Translations under genes and position numbers: made by a program
Notes under the pieces: generated by a model
The model's input: only the letters and a program-made list of their open reading frames with translations
What the model was told of the DNA's origin: nothing
Database searches by the model: none
Source: Candidatus Latescibacterota bacterium
Lineage (GTDB): Bacteria; Latescibacterota; UBA2968
DNA length: 64,000 nucleotides
Direction: 5' to 3'
Assembly (NCBI GenBank): GCA_965204745.1
Contig: OZ242010.1
Coordinates: 5,216,001 to 5,280,000, forward strand
Part shown: positions 49,299-59,956 of the stretch, piece after piece
How positions within the stretch are numbered: the stretch's first letter is position 1
Layout of the letters: every line of letters starts with the position of its first letter

Positions 49299-51650
49299 AT
49301 GGCCCTGTTCATTCGCATCGGATTGATCGCGCTGATCTGCCTCTCCTACTTTGGCTCGGTCAGAGGCGAAACGTCGATTGACGTGCAGTTTCAAGCCGCA
49401 GTGGATCAGATCGGCGTGGTGAGTCGTGCGGAAAGCATCAAAGCGTTTCGCGCCATTCTTTCACGCGATTCGGATTACGCCCCTGCATACCACGCATTGG
49501 CGAATCTGTATTTACAGATCAATACCGTGAATAGCCGCCAGCGCGCTATGCGGATGATTCAGCGAGCAATCGCGCTTGACCCCAACAACGCGGTCTATCG
49601 CCTGACGCGCGGAAAAATCTGGTGGACACAGGGGTTTCGATTTCGGGCATTGAACCAATACGAGGACGTGAACCAAAAGCATTCAGAGAATTCGGAAGCC
49701 CTCGATGGTGCGGGTATGTATTGGGTCTATGATTTTTTGGCACTGAAAGATGAACGTCTAAGTTTGAGGGACTATGCCCAAGAAGCCGAACGAAAAGCAG
49801 AGGAGGTGTTGCGAGAAAGTATGGCTTTGGATTCGGCCAACCAAAAACCGTATTATTTGTTGGGCATCCTTTACTTTGAAGACGAGGAATGGGAGGCGTT
49901 TCACGCCTTGATGCAAGACCTTTACGCGCACTATCCAAGGGATAAAAATGTGTTGTTGTTTTGCGGTCTGGCTGAATATCAGATCGGCGAATACAACAAG
50001 TCGCATGAATTTTATGAACGCGCTTATGACTTGATGAGTGCTGAAGAGCGCGAGTTGTTGGAATCCATTGATCTGCTCAAACCCGCAGATGAGGCTATCC
50101 CGCGCTATGCGCTAGCCGCGTCAGATGAGGGCTTGGCGCGTGACGTATTTTGGAAGAGCCAGGATCCGCTCTATTTGACTGATTTCAACGAGAGAAAGCT
50201 GGAACACTTTGGTCGCCTGGCTTATAGCAATTTGCGGTTTAGGCGATTTTCGGCTGATGTAGAGGGCTGGCAGACGGATATGGGGAAGACCTATATCAAA
50301 TTCGGAAGATATAAACGTAGATTTTCAACGTACAAAAAAGACTGGGATTCTCGCGAGTCCATGACTACCGCCCTGTTCGAGTTCTGGTATTACGAGAAAT
50401 TTAAGGTCAAGTTTTGTGGCAGTACGGCTGATATCTGGCATTTTTGCGGTGGTTCTTGGGTCTATGTCAGTCAACGCCTTCCAATCAAAGTCAGTGCCTT
50501 CAGAGAACACCGCGAAGGGCTTGATTTTGCTTTGAGACGAACTTCATTTTCATTTTCCTCTCGTCCCTTTGAAGAAGCCTCGCATCGCACCTTCCGCAAA
50601 ACAGCACAGCGGTTTGTCGATCCCTATCTGAACCGAAAATACACCCTGCCCTATCAGATCGCCGCCTTTGAAGAACGCGACAGTGTGCGCGTGGAACTCA
50701 GCTATATGATCCCCAAAGATCGCCTCAAAGAGAATGCCGAGACAGGCGAAATAAGTTTCTGGGATGGCGTGTTCTTATTCGACGAGCAGTGGCAGGACGT
50801 GTATAAACATCGCAAATCCGTGACCTTCGCCTTGCCATCGCCCAAGCCAGTTCAAAACGCAGGCGCGAGGCATCGCAACGATCATCTGTTGGTCTCGCGC
50901 ATGGTGACCGTCCCGCAGGGGAACTATCTCATGGCGGTAGAACTGTTGGATCAGACATCCGGAGCCATCGGTGTGGCACGCCATCGAGATCGGTTTGTAG
51001 CTGACAGCGCGACCTTTCACTTGAGCGATCTCTTGGTCGGCAGTGACATTCAACCGCGACATGCATTTCCAGAAGGCCGGGACGATCTGATCATCACGCC
51101 TAATCCGGTTCGCACGTTTTCGCAGTCCGAATCGATCTTTATCTATCTGGAATTGTACGCCCTTCAACGCAACTTCTTTGGCCGCACGAGTTACGAGATC
51201 GCCTACACCATCGGCAAGCCGGCGGTGGATACGCTATCGCCCACCCTGTTCGCGTCTCAAAGCGTGATCGATACGATAGGCAAAACGCAGATTGATCTGC
51301 GTCAGGAATCGGATCAACGCCCGCAGCAACTATCGCAGGCGTCGGATGATGAAGGGATTGGCACTGATAGGGATATGTGGGGCGAGACAAAGGTCTATAC
51401 GAGTGGCGGGCAAGTCCATCACGTCGCCGCCGAAAAGCTAAAGGTCAAGCGATCCTCTGATGGCGACCTAACCCGCACCGTGACCGCGAATTACGAAGGG
51501 GAGCGCGCGACGGATTTCACGTATTTGCAGATCGATGTGGCACAAGTGCCCGCGGGGATTTACCAACTGACCGTCTCGGCACGGGACAAACACACGGGAC
51601 AGACCGATGGGAAATACATCTATTTTCGCATTACCGACCCCATTCGCTAA
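49299..51650 (+). CDS. TPR + GWxTD domain protein, copy 2
   Basis: Tandem paralog with the same RBS context aaaggagtacgcg. Confidence 0.85.
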   Translation: MALFIRIGLIALICLSYFGSVRGETSIDVQFQAAVDQIGVVSRAESIKAFRAILSRDSDYAPAYHALANLYLQINTVNSRQRAMRMIQRAIALDPNNAVYRLTRGKIWWTQGFRFRALNQYEDVNQKHSENSEALDGAGMYWVYDFLALKDERLSLRDYAQEAERKAEEVLRESMALDSANQKPYYLLGILYFEDEEWEAFHALMQDLYAHYPRDKNVLLFCGLAEYQIGEYNKSHEFYERAYDLMSAEERELLESIDLLKPADEAIPRYALAASDEGLARDVFWKSQDPLYLTDFNERKLEHFGRLAYSNLRFRRFSADVEGWQTDMGKTYIKFGRYKRRFSTYKKDWDSRESMTTALFEFWYYEKFKVKFCGSTADIWHFCGGSWVYVSQRLPIKVSAFREHREGLDFALRRTSFSFSSRPFEEASHRTFRKTAQRFVDPYLNRKYTLPYQIAAFEERDSVRVELSYMIPKDRLKENAETGEISFWDGVFLFDEQWQDVYKHRKSVTFALPSPKPVQNAGARHRNDHLLVSRMVTVPQGNYLMAVELLDQTSGAIGVARHRDRFVADSATFHLSDLLVGSDIQPRHAFPEGRDDLIITPNPVRTFSQSESIFIYLELYALQRNFFGRTSYEIAYTIGKPAVDTLSPTLFASQSVIDTIGKTQIDLRQESDQRPQQLSQASDDEGIGTDRDMWGETKVYTSGGQVHHVAAEKLKVKRSSDGDLTRTVTANYEGERATDFTYLQIDVAQVPAGIYQLTVSARDKHTGQTDGKYIYFRITDPIR

Positions 51651-51690
51651 CTTCCGCATATCATTATCACACAACCGAAAGGAGTACGCG

Positions 51691-54039
51691 ATGGCCCTGT
51701 TCATTCGCATCGGATTGATCGCACTGATCTGTCTCGCTCATTTTGGATTGGTCAGAGGCGAAACGTCGATTGACGCGCAGTTTCAAGCCGCAGTGGATCA
51801 GATCGGCGTGGTGAATCGAGAGGAGAGTGTCAAGGCTTTTGAGGTGATTATTTCACGCGATGCAGATTACGCCCCTGCATATCACGCATTGGCGAATCTG
51901 TATTTACAGATCAATACCGTGAATAGCCGACAGCGCGCTATGCAGATGATTCAGAAAGCGATGATGATCGATCCCAACAACGCGGTCTATGGCCTGACAC
52001 ACGGAAAAATTTTATGGACGCAAGGCTTTCGATTTCGGGCATTGAACCAATACGAGGAGGTGATGAAAAAACATCCGGAGAATCAGGAAGCCCTCGATGG
52101 TGTGGGTATGTATTGGGTCTATGATTTCCTGGCACAAAAGGACAATCGCCGAAAAAGAACTTTTAAGCAATATGCCCAGCAATCAAAACGAGCAGCAGAG
52201 GAGGTGTTGCGAGAAAGCATGGCTTTGGATGCGATGAATCAGAATCCGTATTATTTGTTGGGCATCCTTTACTTTGAGGACGAGGAATGGGAGGCGTTTC
52301 ACGCCTTGATGCAAGAACTTTACGCGCACTATCCAAGGGATAAAAATGTGTTGTTGTTTTGCGGTCTAGCTGAATATCAGATCGGCGAATACAACAAGTC
52401 GCATGAATTTTATGAACGTGCTTATGACTTGATGAGTCTTGAAGAACGCGATCTACTCGAATCCATTGATCTGCTCAAGCCCGCAGATGATTCTATCCCG
52501 CGCTATGCGATGACCGAGTCTGATGAGGGCTTGGCGCGTGACGTATTTTGGAAGAGCCAGGATCCGCTCTATTTGACTGATTTCAACGAAAGAAAGCTGG
52601 AACACTTTGGTCGCCTGGCTTATAGCAATTTGCGGTTCAGGCGATTTTCGGCTGATGTGGAGGGCTGGCAGACGGATATGGGGAAGACCTATATCAAATT
52701 CGGAAGATATAAACGTAGATTTTCAACTTATATAAAGTCGTGGAGTTCTCGCGAGTCCATGACTACCGCCCTGATCGAGTTCTGGTATTACGAGAAATTT
52801 AAGGTCAAGTTTTGTGGCAGTACGGCTGATATCTGGAATTTTTGCGGTGGTTCTTGGGTCTATGTCAGTCAACGCCTTCCAAGATCAAAAAGTGCCTTTG
52901 AGGAGCATCGCATAGGGCTTGATTTTGCTTTGAGACGAACTTCATTTTCATTTTCCTCTCGTCCCTTTGAAGAAGCCTCGCATCGCACCTTCCGCAAGAC
53001 AGCACAGCGCTTTGTCGATCCCTATCTCAACCGAAAATACACCCTGCCCTATCAGGTTGCCGCTTTTGAAGAACGCGACAGCGTGCGCGTGGAACTCAGC
53101 TATATGATCCCAAAAGATCGCCTCAAAGAGAACGCCGAGACGGGCGAAATAAGTTTCTGGGATGGCGTGTTCTTATTCGACGAGCAGTGGCAAGATGTGT
53201 ATAAACATCGCAAATCCGTGGCCTTCGCCTTGCCATCGCCCAAGCCAGTTCAAAACGCAGGCGCGAGGCATCGCAACGATCATCTGTTGGTCTCGCGCAT
53301 GGTGACCGTCCCGCAGGGGAACTATCTCATGGCGGTAGAACTGTTGGATCAGACATCCGGAGCCATCGGTGTGGCACGCCATCGAGATCGGTTTGTAGCT
53401 GACAGCGCGACCTTTCACTTGAGCGATCTCTTGGTCGGCAGTGACATTCGACCGCGACATGCATTCCCAGAAGGCCGGGACGATCTGATCATCACGCCTA
53501 ATCCGGTTCGCACGTTTTCGCAGTCCGAATCGATCTTTATCTATTTGGAATTGTACGCCCTTCAACGCAACTTCTTTGGCCGCACGAGTTACGAGATTGC
53601 CTACACCATCGGCAAGCCGGAGGTGGATACGCTATCGCCCACCCTGTTCGCGTCTCAAAGCGTGATCGATACGATAGGCAAAACGCAGATTGATCTGCAT
53701 CAGGAATCGGATCAACGCCCGCAGCAGCTATCGCAGGCGTCGGATGATGAAGGGATTGGCACCGATAGGGATATGTGGGGCGAGACAAAGGTCTATACGA
53801 GTGGTGGGCAAGTCCATCACGTCGCCGCTGAAAAGCTAAAGGTCAAGCGATCCTCTGATGGCGACCTAACCCGCACCGTGACCGCGAATTACGAAGGGGA
53901 GCGCGCGACGGATTTCACGTATTTGCAGATCGATGTGGCACAAGTGCCCGTGGGGATTTACCAACTGACCGTCTCGGCACGGGACAAACAGACGGGACAG
54001 ACCGATGAGAAATACATTTACTTTCGCGTTGTGGAGTAA
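51691..54039 (+). CDS. TPR + GWxTD domain protein, copy 3
   Basis: Tandem paralog with the same RBS context. Confidence 0.85.
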   Translation: MALFIRIGLIALICLAHFGLVRGETSIDAQFQAAVDQIGVVNREESVKAFEVIISRDADYAPAYHALANLYLQINTVNSRQRAMQMIQKAMMIDPNNAVYGLTHGKILWTQGFRFRALNQYEEVMKKHPENQEALDGVGMYWVYDFLAQKDNRRKRTFKQYAQQSKRAAEEVLRESMALDAMNQNPYYLLGILYFEDEEWEAFHALMQELYAHYPRDKNVLLFCGLAEYQIGEYNKSHEFYERAYDLMSLEERDLLESIDLLKPADDSIPRYAMTESDEGLARDVFWKSQDPLYLTDFNERKLEHFGRLAYSNLRFRRFSADVEGWQTDMGKTYIKFGRYKRRFSTYIKSWSSRESMTTALIEFWYYEKFKVKFCGSTADIWNFCGGSWVYVSQRLPRSKSAFEEHRIGLDFALRRTSFSFSSRPFEEASHRTFRKTAQRFVDPYLNRKYTLPYQVAAFEERDSVRVELSYMIPKDRLKENAETGEISFWDGVFLFDEQWQDVYKHRKSVAFALPSPKPVQNAGARHRNDHLLVSRMVTVPQGNYLMAVELLDQTSGAIGVARHRDRFVADSATFHLSDLLVGSDIRPRHAFPEGRDDLIITPNPVRTFSQSESIFIYLELYALQRNFFGRTSYEIAYTIGKPEVDTLSPTLFASQSVIDTIGKTQIDLHQESDQRPQQLSQASDDEGIGTDRDMWGETKVYTSGGQVHHVAAEKLKVKRSSDGDLTRTVTANYEGERATDFTYLQIDVAQVPVGIYQLTVSARDKQTGQTDEKYIYFRVVE

Positions 54040-54134
54040 GACGCGCCAAGCGAGGATGATCGAAGTGCCATTGGGCTGTTGGGCTACGCCTGTGCGTGCG
54101 CTTTTGGCGTGATGACTTTATTTTTTTTGCGGGC

Positions 54135-54183
54135 AAGGCAGCGCGTTTCGGATTTGCCTTCCCATAGATGAAGCGGAGTGAGC
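54135..54183 (+). repeat. 49-bp direct repeat (kinase 3' end), copy 2
   Basis: Identical to 38307-38355; ends 1 nt before the response regulator ATG. Confidence 0.9.
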
Positions 54184-54184
54184 A

Positions 54185-55534
54185 ATGGCCCAAACGAAAA
54201 TTCTATTGGTGGACGACGAGGTCGATCTGTTGCGCGGTTATCACAAGTTTTTGACCGCCGAGGGGTATGCGGTTGTCACCGCCGCATCGGGACAGGAGGG
54301 CCTCGCGCAGTTCAATGCCGAAGCCCCGGATGTGACCGTTGTGGATTTGAAGATGCCCGGCATGGATGGCATGGCGGTGCTCAAACGCATTTTGGCACGC
54401 GACCCGGATGCGGCGGTGATCGCGTTCACCGGCCATGGTAGCATCGACAAGGCCGTCGCGGCACTCAAGGCCGGCGCATCCGATTTTATCCAGAAGCCGT
54501 TTGATCTCGCCGCATTCGCCATAGCGATAGAACAGGCATTGAAGACGCGGCGGTTGAAGGCGGAAAACCGGGCGTTGAAGCAGGTGTTGGCAACGCAACC
54601 GCGGTTTGAGAACATCATCGGCAAGAGCGAGGCGATGGCGCGGGTTTTTGACCTGATGCGGAAAGTCAGCGATTTGGATGCCCCTGTGCTGATCACGGGC
54701 GAGAGTGGAACCGGGAAGGAACTGGTGGCACGCGGGATTCACGCCCACAGCCGGCGGCGTGCCGAGCCGTTTGTCGCGCTCAACTGCGGGGGCTTGCCCG
54801 ATCACTTGGTCGAAAGCGAGTTGTTCGGGCATGTCAAGGGGGCGTTCACCGATGCGAGACAGGATCGCACGGGTTTAATCGAACATGCGCGTGGGGGGAC
54901 GTTTTTCCTCGATGAAATCGGCGACTTGCCGATGCCGCTTCAGGTGAAATTTCTGCGCGTGTTGGAGGATCACCAAATTCGCAAGGTGGGCAGCAACCGC
55001 GAGGTGTCTATCGACATCCGTCTCATCTGTGCGACCCATCGGGATCTCAAGGAATTGATAGCAACCGGCGCGTTTCGGGGGGATTTGTTTTACCGGATCA
55101 ACACCATCGAGATTCACCTGCCGGCACTGCGCCAGCGTCCGGGCGATATCGAGCTTCTCGCCACGCACTTTTTGACCCACTTCGCCGAGGCTCAGGGCAA
55201 GGCGATAACCGGGCTATCGCCCGATGCGCTCGCCGTGTTGCGCGCCTATTCTTGGCCTGGCAATGTGCGGGAATTGATACATGCGATGGAACAGGTCGTC
55301 GCCCTATCCGACGGTGCGGTGATCCAGCGCGCGGATTTACCCGAAACCATCGCGCTCAAGACAGTCGAAGTCGGAGGGCCTTTGCAAGCGCGAGTCGCAG
55401 CTTATGAAAAGCAGGTGATTCGAGATGCGCTCGAGGAACACGCGGGCAATATCACGCGTACAGCCAAGGCATTGGGGTTGACGCGCAGTGGCTTGCAAAA
55501 GAAGATCGGCCGTTTGGGCGTGAGAGAGCCGTGA
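54185..55534 (+). CDS. Sigma54-dependent response regulator (NtrC family)
   Basis: REC ([15 protein letters not shown]), [28 protein letters not shown], Fis-type HTH. Confidence 0.95.
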   Translation: MAQTKILLVDDEVDLLRGYHKFLTAEGYAVVTAASGQEGLAQFNAEAPDVTVVDLKMPGMDGMAVLKRILARDPDAAVIAFTGHGSIDKAVAALKAGASDFIQKPFDLAAFAIAIEQALKTRRLKAENRALKQVLATQPRFENIIGKSEAMARVFDLMRKVSDLDAPVLITGESGTGKELVARGIHAHSRRRAEPFVALNCGGLPDHLVESELFGHVKGAFTDARQDRTGLIEHARGGTFFLDEIGDLPMPLQVKFLRVLEDHQIRKVGSNREVSIDIRLICATHRDLKELIATGAFRGDLFYRINTIEIHLPALRQRPGDIELLATHFLTHFAEAQGKAITGLSPDALAVLRAYSWPGNVRELIHAMEQVVALSDGAVIQRADLPETIALKTVEVGGPLQARVAAYEKQVIRDALEEHAGNITRTAKALGLTRSGLQKKIGRLGVREP

Positions 55535-55567
55535 ACAGGGGATGCTTTATTTTGGTCAGATAATTGG

Positions 55568-55670
55568 CGCGTTGAAAAACGAACTGAATTTGGTTCAGGG
55601 CAAGGTGGAAGGCGAAGTGACTGCCTTCTTGGAGCATCTGGGCAAGGACCAAGGGTTCAGCGATGAGTGA
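55568..55670 (+). pseudogene. C-terminal fragment of the secreted paralog family
   Basis: Matches 43162-43264. Confidence 0.8.
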
Positions 55671-55680
55671 GGAGCACGCC

Positions 55681-56598
55681 ATGAAAGCGATGATAGTTGC
55701 AACCTTGGTGCTGGTGCTCGCGGCCGGTTCAGGCCGGGCAGAGCGCAAGCCGCTCGACAAAATTCACCGAGAGATCAAGCCCGGTGCGACAGTCATAAAA
55801 GTGCCAAATCCAAGGCGGCGTGATGGCTATGATCTCGCTGAAAAAAAGCATGAAGTGACCTACAACGAGACGACCGGGCTTTATACCTATCGGTATTGGC
55901 AGACCGACAGCACCTATGTCGATTTGCTTTATGAACCTTCTAACCGACTGGATGTGACCGTGGCATGCACAGTGGTCTATGATGGCGAAAAGGATGAATA
56001 CACCTATACGTACCACCTCGTCAATAGCAAGGACAGTGTACAGTCCTTAGAGATATTCGCTTTAGATATAGATCGCAACCTCGTGCTTCGGACTGAATCT
56101 GAACCATGGCGTTATTACTCTACCAATGAGCCGCCGCCCGGTTCACCCAAATGGGCATTTTGGGGATCAAGAGGCAGGTACGTTCTTCCAGGCGAGTCAA
56201 TTTCTCTGACGCTCACGAGCAAATTCGGTCCGGTCATTGCAACCTGTTATTCTCAAGGTCGTGCTCAACCTGTTCAGCCATCTATTGGAGCAATAGATGA
56301 ACTTGCAGTTTATCCGCCGAATGTAGAGGGGCTGAAAGGTCAAACGCTCGCGCCCGGCAGTTTGGGGGATAGCAGTCCCAAAGCGCAGTTTGAAGCCTTT
56401 CTCGATATTGCCGAGACCTGGGGATGGGTCAACAAGGACAAAAAGGACGCGGCATTGCTCCACATTTCTAAGGGCTTAGACCAGACCGCTTTCATCGCGT
56501 TGAAGAGCGAACTGAATCTGGTTCAAGGCAAGGTGGAAGGCGAAGTGACTGCCTTCTTGGAGCATCTGGGTAAGGATCAAGGGTTCAGCGATGAATGA
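55681..56598 (+). CDS. Secreted hypothetical protein, full-length paralog 2
   Basis: Paralog of 42356-43264 with clustered substitutions. Confidence 0.8.
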   Translation: MKAMIVATLVLVLAAGSGRAERKPLDKIHREIKPGATVIKVPNPRRRDGYDLAEKKHEVTYNETTGLYTYRYWQTDSTYVDLLYEPSNRLDVTVACTVVYDGEKDEYTYTYHLVNSKDSVQSLEIFALDIDRNLVLRTESEPWRYYSTNEPPPGSPKWAFWGSRGRYVLPGESISLTLTSKFGPVIATCYSQGRAQPVQPSIGAIDELAVYPPNVEGLKGQTLAPGSLGDSSPKAQFEAFLDIAETWGWVNKDKKDAALLHISKGLDQTAFIALKSELNLVQGKVEGEVTAFLEHLGKDQGFSDE

Positions 56599-56656
56599 GG
56601 CGTACATCAAAAAGCAGATGGCTGTTGTCTAACAGGCTCTCAAGGAGGGAAAGGTC

Positions 56657-59044
56657 ATGGTGAAAAATTACTTCATCGTTGGGATTCGCTATTTGATGCG
56701 GCACAGGCTCTACACCTTCATCAATCTGTTTGGGCTGGGGTTGGGGATCGCCTGCTGTCTCATGATGGCTTTGTTCGTCAAACGCGAATGGTCGGTTGAT
56801 CGCTTTCACAAAAACAAGGACGAACTCTTTCGCGTGGTGAAGCAACGGTTGCTCCCAAATGGCGAAGCGGTCGCATTCGGGACATTTGATACGCTATATC
56901 CGCCTTGGGTTGTCAACGCCTTGAAAGACGACATACCGGACGTGAGATACGCCAGTCGGTTTATGAGTGCCACCGGACAGATTACAGTAGAAAAAAACAC
57001 ATTTCGGAGGTCAGTCGGATTTGTCGATCCCGATTTTCTTGAGATGTTCACGTTTCCATTTTTGGCAGGCGATCCGGCAACCGCTTTTGTCCGTCCCGAT
57101 GGCGTGGTGCTGGCCGAAAGCCTTGCGCGGCAACTATTCGGTCATGTCACCGAGAATTACAGCACGCTGATAGGACAAGCTGTGGTGTTGCAGAAAAAGT
57201 CGTTTGTGGTGACAGGCGTCATGGCGGATGTGCCTGCGACATCGAGTCTTCAGTTCAAGCTGTTGGTTTTGGCTGAAAGCGCGGAAAGCCTTACTGGTTT
57301 TCGCAGTTTTGCGACAATGGGTTATGCTACTGGGTCTGTTAGATATGGGTCTCTCTACGTGCAAATAGACGAGGTGCCGGGCGTGCTTGACAAGTTCAAT
57401 CGCTGGGAGGAGAAAGGCAGGTTGCGAGATGATGACTTTAGACTCCTGTTGCAACCCTTGAAGGAGGTGTACTCGAATACAGAAATTCCCAATAAATACG
57501 AATCCCAAGGCAGTCAGACAGGGGTTTATATTTTGTGGGGCATCGGTTGGATTGTGTTGCTGATTGCGTGCAGCAATTTTGTGTCCCTCTCTGTTGCCGC
57601 ATCATCCGGACGCATCCGGGAAGTGGGCTTGCGGAAGGTGTTGGGCGCCAGTCAAGGACAGATTGCACGCCAATTCTGGAGCGAAACCCTCTTGTTGAGT
57701 GTTCTCGGCTTGGGTTTGGGCCTCGTGCTCGCCGAACTGTTTTTGCCCGCGTTCAACAGCTTTGTCCAGCGCGACTTGCAAATCCCCTATTTTGACGATG
57801 GCGCGTTCTTGTTTTTGTTGATTTTGTTTGTCGTTGGGCTTGTTGCCGGCGGCTATCCTGCTGTGATGCTGTCCCGGTTTCAGCCTGCCTCCGTCCTCCA
57901 GCGCGGGGGCAACCTCGGGGGGCAAAACCGTTTCACGCGCCTGTTGCTCGTGTTGCAATACACCGCGTCTATGGTGCTTCTCATCTGTACGGGTATCATC
58001 GTCCAGCAACAGGAGTATCTCAAAAACAAAAACTTGGGATACAACGAGGAACAAATCCTTATCATTGGGGGGCCTGGGAATCGAGAACTGATTCAAAGGT
58101 ATAAACGGGAGATTTTAAGGGATCCGCGCATCGCTGGCGTTGCCATCAGCGACCGCACCTTTACCAATGGCTGGTCTTCAAGGACGTGCCATTTGTCAGA
58201 TGGTTCGACAGTTAATACGCGCATCATTGGCGTGGATGCCGATTACCTCTCTACATTGGAAATCTCTCTGCTCGAAGGCCGCAATTTTTCCGAAGACCGG
58301 GCACAAGACCGGGATCAAGCGGTCTTAATCAACGAAACACTGGCAACGCGCTTAGGCGCAGAGGGAAAGGTGGGACAAATTCTGAACATCGAAGGCGGGA
58401 GCCTTAAGGATCCCGTGATCATCGGCATCGTGCGCGATTTTCACACCGATGCCCTGTACAAACCGATCCAACCCGTGGTCTTGCTGATGAGCCAATTCAA
58501 TAATCGGCCGGCGTTTTTCGTTCGCATGCGTGCCGATCACCTGTCCGAAACACTGGATATGCTCAAAGACACCTGGAAAGCCGTTGTCCCGTCAAGCCGC
58601 TTTCAATTTTCATTTTTAGATCGCAACCTGCATCGGCAGTATGAACGCGAAGAACGCTGGCGTGAGATCGTCAGCTATTCGGCCTTGTTTGCCATCGTCA
58701 TCTCGTGCTTGGGGCTGTTCGGCTTGGCTTCGCTGGCGGTTGTGCAACGCACCAAAGAGGTGGGCATTCGCAAAGCGTTGGGTGCGTCCGAGGGGAACTT
58801 GGTCTGGCTGTTGTCCAAAGATTTTGCCAAACTGCTTTTGCTCGCCAATGCCATCGCTTGGCCTGCGGCCTATTGGATCATGGACGAGTGGTTGACCACC
58901 ACATTTGCCTATCACATGGACTTGGGCATCGGCGTTTTTGTTCTCGTTGGCGCGTTGACTTATGGCATTGCCCAACTGACCATTTTGGGCCACATCCTCA
59001 AAGTGATCCGCCAAAACCCAGTCCGGGCACTCCGATATGAGTAA
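56657..59044 (+). CDS. MacB/FtsX-type duplicated ABC permease
   Basis: RIREVGLRKVLGA, EGRNFS, GIVRDFH, RTKEVGIRKALGA, NPVRALRYE. Confidence 0.92.
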   Translation: MVKNYFIVGIRYLMRHRLYTFINLFGLGLGIACCLMMALFVKREWSVDRFHKNKDELFRVVKQRLLPNGEAVAFGTFDTLYPPWVVNALKDDIPDVRYASRFMSATGQITVEKNTFRRSVGFVDPDFLEMFTFPFLAGDPATAFVRPDGVVLAESLARQLFGHVTENYSTLIGQAVVLQKKSFVVTGVMADVPATSSLQFKLLVLAESAESLTGFRSFATMGYATGSVRYGSLYVQIDEVPGVLDKFNRWEEKGRLRDDDFRLLLQPLKEVYSNTEIPNKYESQGSQTGVYILWGIGWIVLLIACSNFVSLSVAASSGRIREVGLRKVLGASQGQIARQFWSETLLLSVLGLGLGLVLAELFLPAFNSFVQRDLQIPYFDDGAFLFLLILFVVGLVAGGYPAVMLSRFQPASVLQRGGNLGGQNRFTRLLLVLQYTASMVLLICTGIIVQQQEYLKNKNLGYNEEQILIIGGPGNRELIQRYKREILRDPRIAGVAISDRTFTNGWSSRTCHLSDGSTVNTRIIGVDADYLSTLEISLLEGRNFSEDRAQDRDQAVLINETLATRLGAEGKVGQILNIEGGSLKDPVIIGIVRDFHTDALYKPIQPVVLLMSQFNNRPAFFVRMRADHLSETLDMLKDTWKAVVPSSRFQFSFLDRNLHRQYEREERWREIVSYSALFAIVISCLGLFGLASLAVVQRTKEVGIRKALGASEGNLVWLLSKDFAKLLLLANAIAWPAAYWIMDEWLTTTFAYHMDLGIGVFVLVGALTYGIAQLTILGHILKVIRQNPVRALRYE

Positions 59045-59444
59045 CCAAAATGTCCGATCATTCCGTTTCAATCCCATGCCGCTGCTGGCGAAGGAACGCT
59101 TACGACGGCGATAACCAAGCGGTAAGCCTAAAATCTCCTGCCAGCGTAAAATCCACAGGAATAGATGGTTACAACCAACTATCACTTGGGCGGCAAGCTC
59201 TGCCGATCAAGTAAAAAACGGACGTGGAGGCGTTGTAAGACGGACAAGAGGCTATAAGTGCTTGGACGCTGACCCGATGAAGCGTCAACTTAATCGTATG
59301 CGATTGAGTCGATTTCATACGATTTGAGAGAGCGGTGCGAATGCAACATGACAACACCCGTCTTGTATCTTACCTCACTCGCGTTGGAATAGGCGATTAG
59401 ATTTTCTAAGGCGAGGACCTGATCGACACGGGCACGTTCTCATT

Positions 59445-59870
59445 TCAAGATTCTTCTTCTAACACCTCAAGTAGCCTCCGAACTTTCCTCAGAGGCTCTT
59501 TTTTTTGCAATCGAAGAAGCACTGAAAGCGCGGCCCTGCCCTCTTTAGCCTCCAATAGCGTTTTCAGTTCCCCGAGTTGTTGTCTGGTAAGCACATCGGT
59601 CATGTTGCTTATGAGATCATTCAAACTGGGGTCGTCTTCTTGGAGGCAAATGATGGTCTTTTCAGCACTGGAATTGACACCCAAAAGCGCATCTACTGAA
59701 ACACCTAATGCAACCGCGATAGCAGAGAGCGTGTCGGTTCGAGGTACTTTTGTCTCTGCTTCAATTCGAGATACGGTCGCTTGGTCTATATTGGCGGCAT
59801 TTGCCAAGTTTATCTGAGACCAATTTTTGTGGCGTCTCAAGTCTCTTATTTTTCTTCCGATTGTAGGCAT
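59445..59870 (-). CDS. XRE-family (phage repressor-like) HTH regulator
   Basis: IGRKIRDLR..WSQINLA..IDQATVSRIE...P..DTL.AIA.ALGVSVDALLG. Confidence 0.88.
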   Translation of the reverse strand: MPTIGRKIRDLRRHKNWSQINLANAANIDQATVSRIEAETKVPRTDTLSAIAVALGVSVDALLGVNSSAEKTIICLQEDDPSLNDLISNMTDVLTRQQLGELKTLLEAKEGRAALSVLLRLQKKEPLRKVRRLLEVLEEES

Positions 59871-59901
59871 AAAAAAAAATATAAAAAATCATTTGCTTTT
59901 G

Positions 59902-59956
59902 TATGTATTTAGACATATATTCCGTGTATAAAATCGGATTTATGCACAAAGACATA
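59902..59956. promoter_or_regulatory. Putative paired operators
   Basis: TATGTATTTAGACATA (59902) and TATGCACAAAGACATA (59941), both TATGY-N6-ACATA. Confidence 0.5.

Noticed and set aside
46876-54039. Diversity-generating retroelement acting on GWxTD or LRR genes
   Set aside because: There is no reverse transcriptase in the window, and the differences are not adenine-specific.
38356-54134. Integrase-mobilised genomic island or prophage
   Set aside because: No integrase, tRNA or phage genes; homologous cargo lies outside the repeats, favouring duplication.
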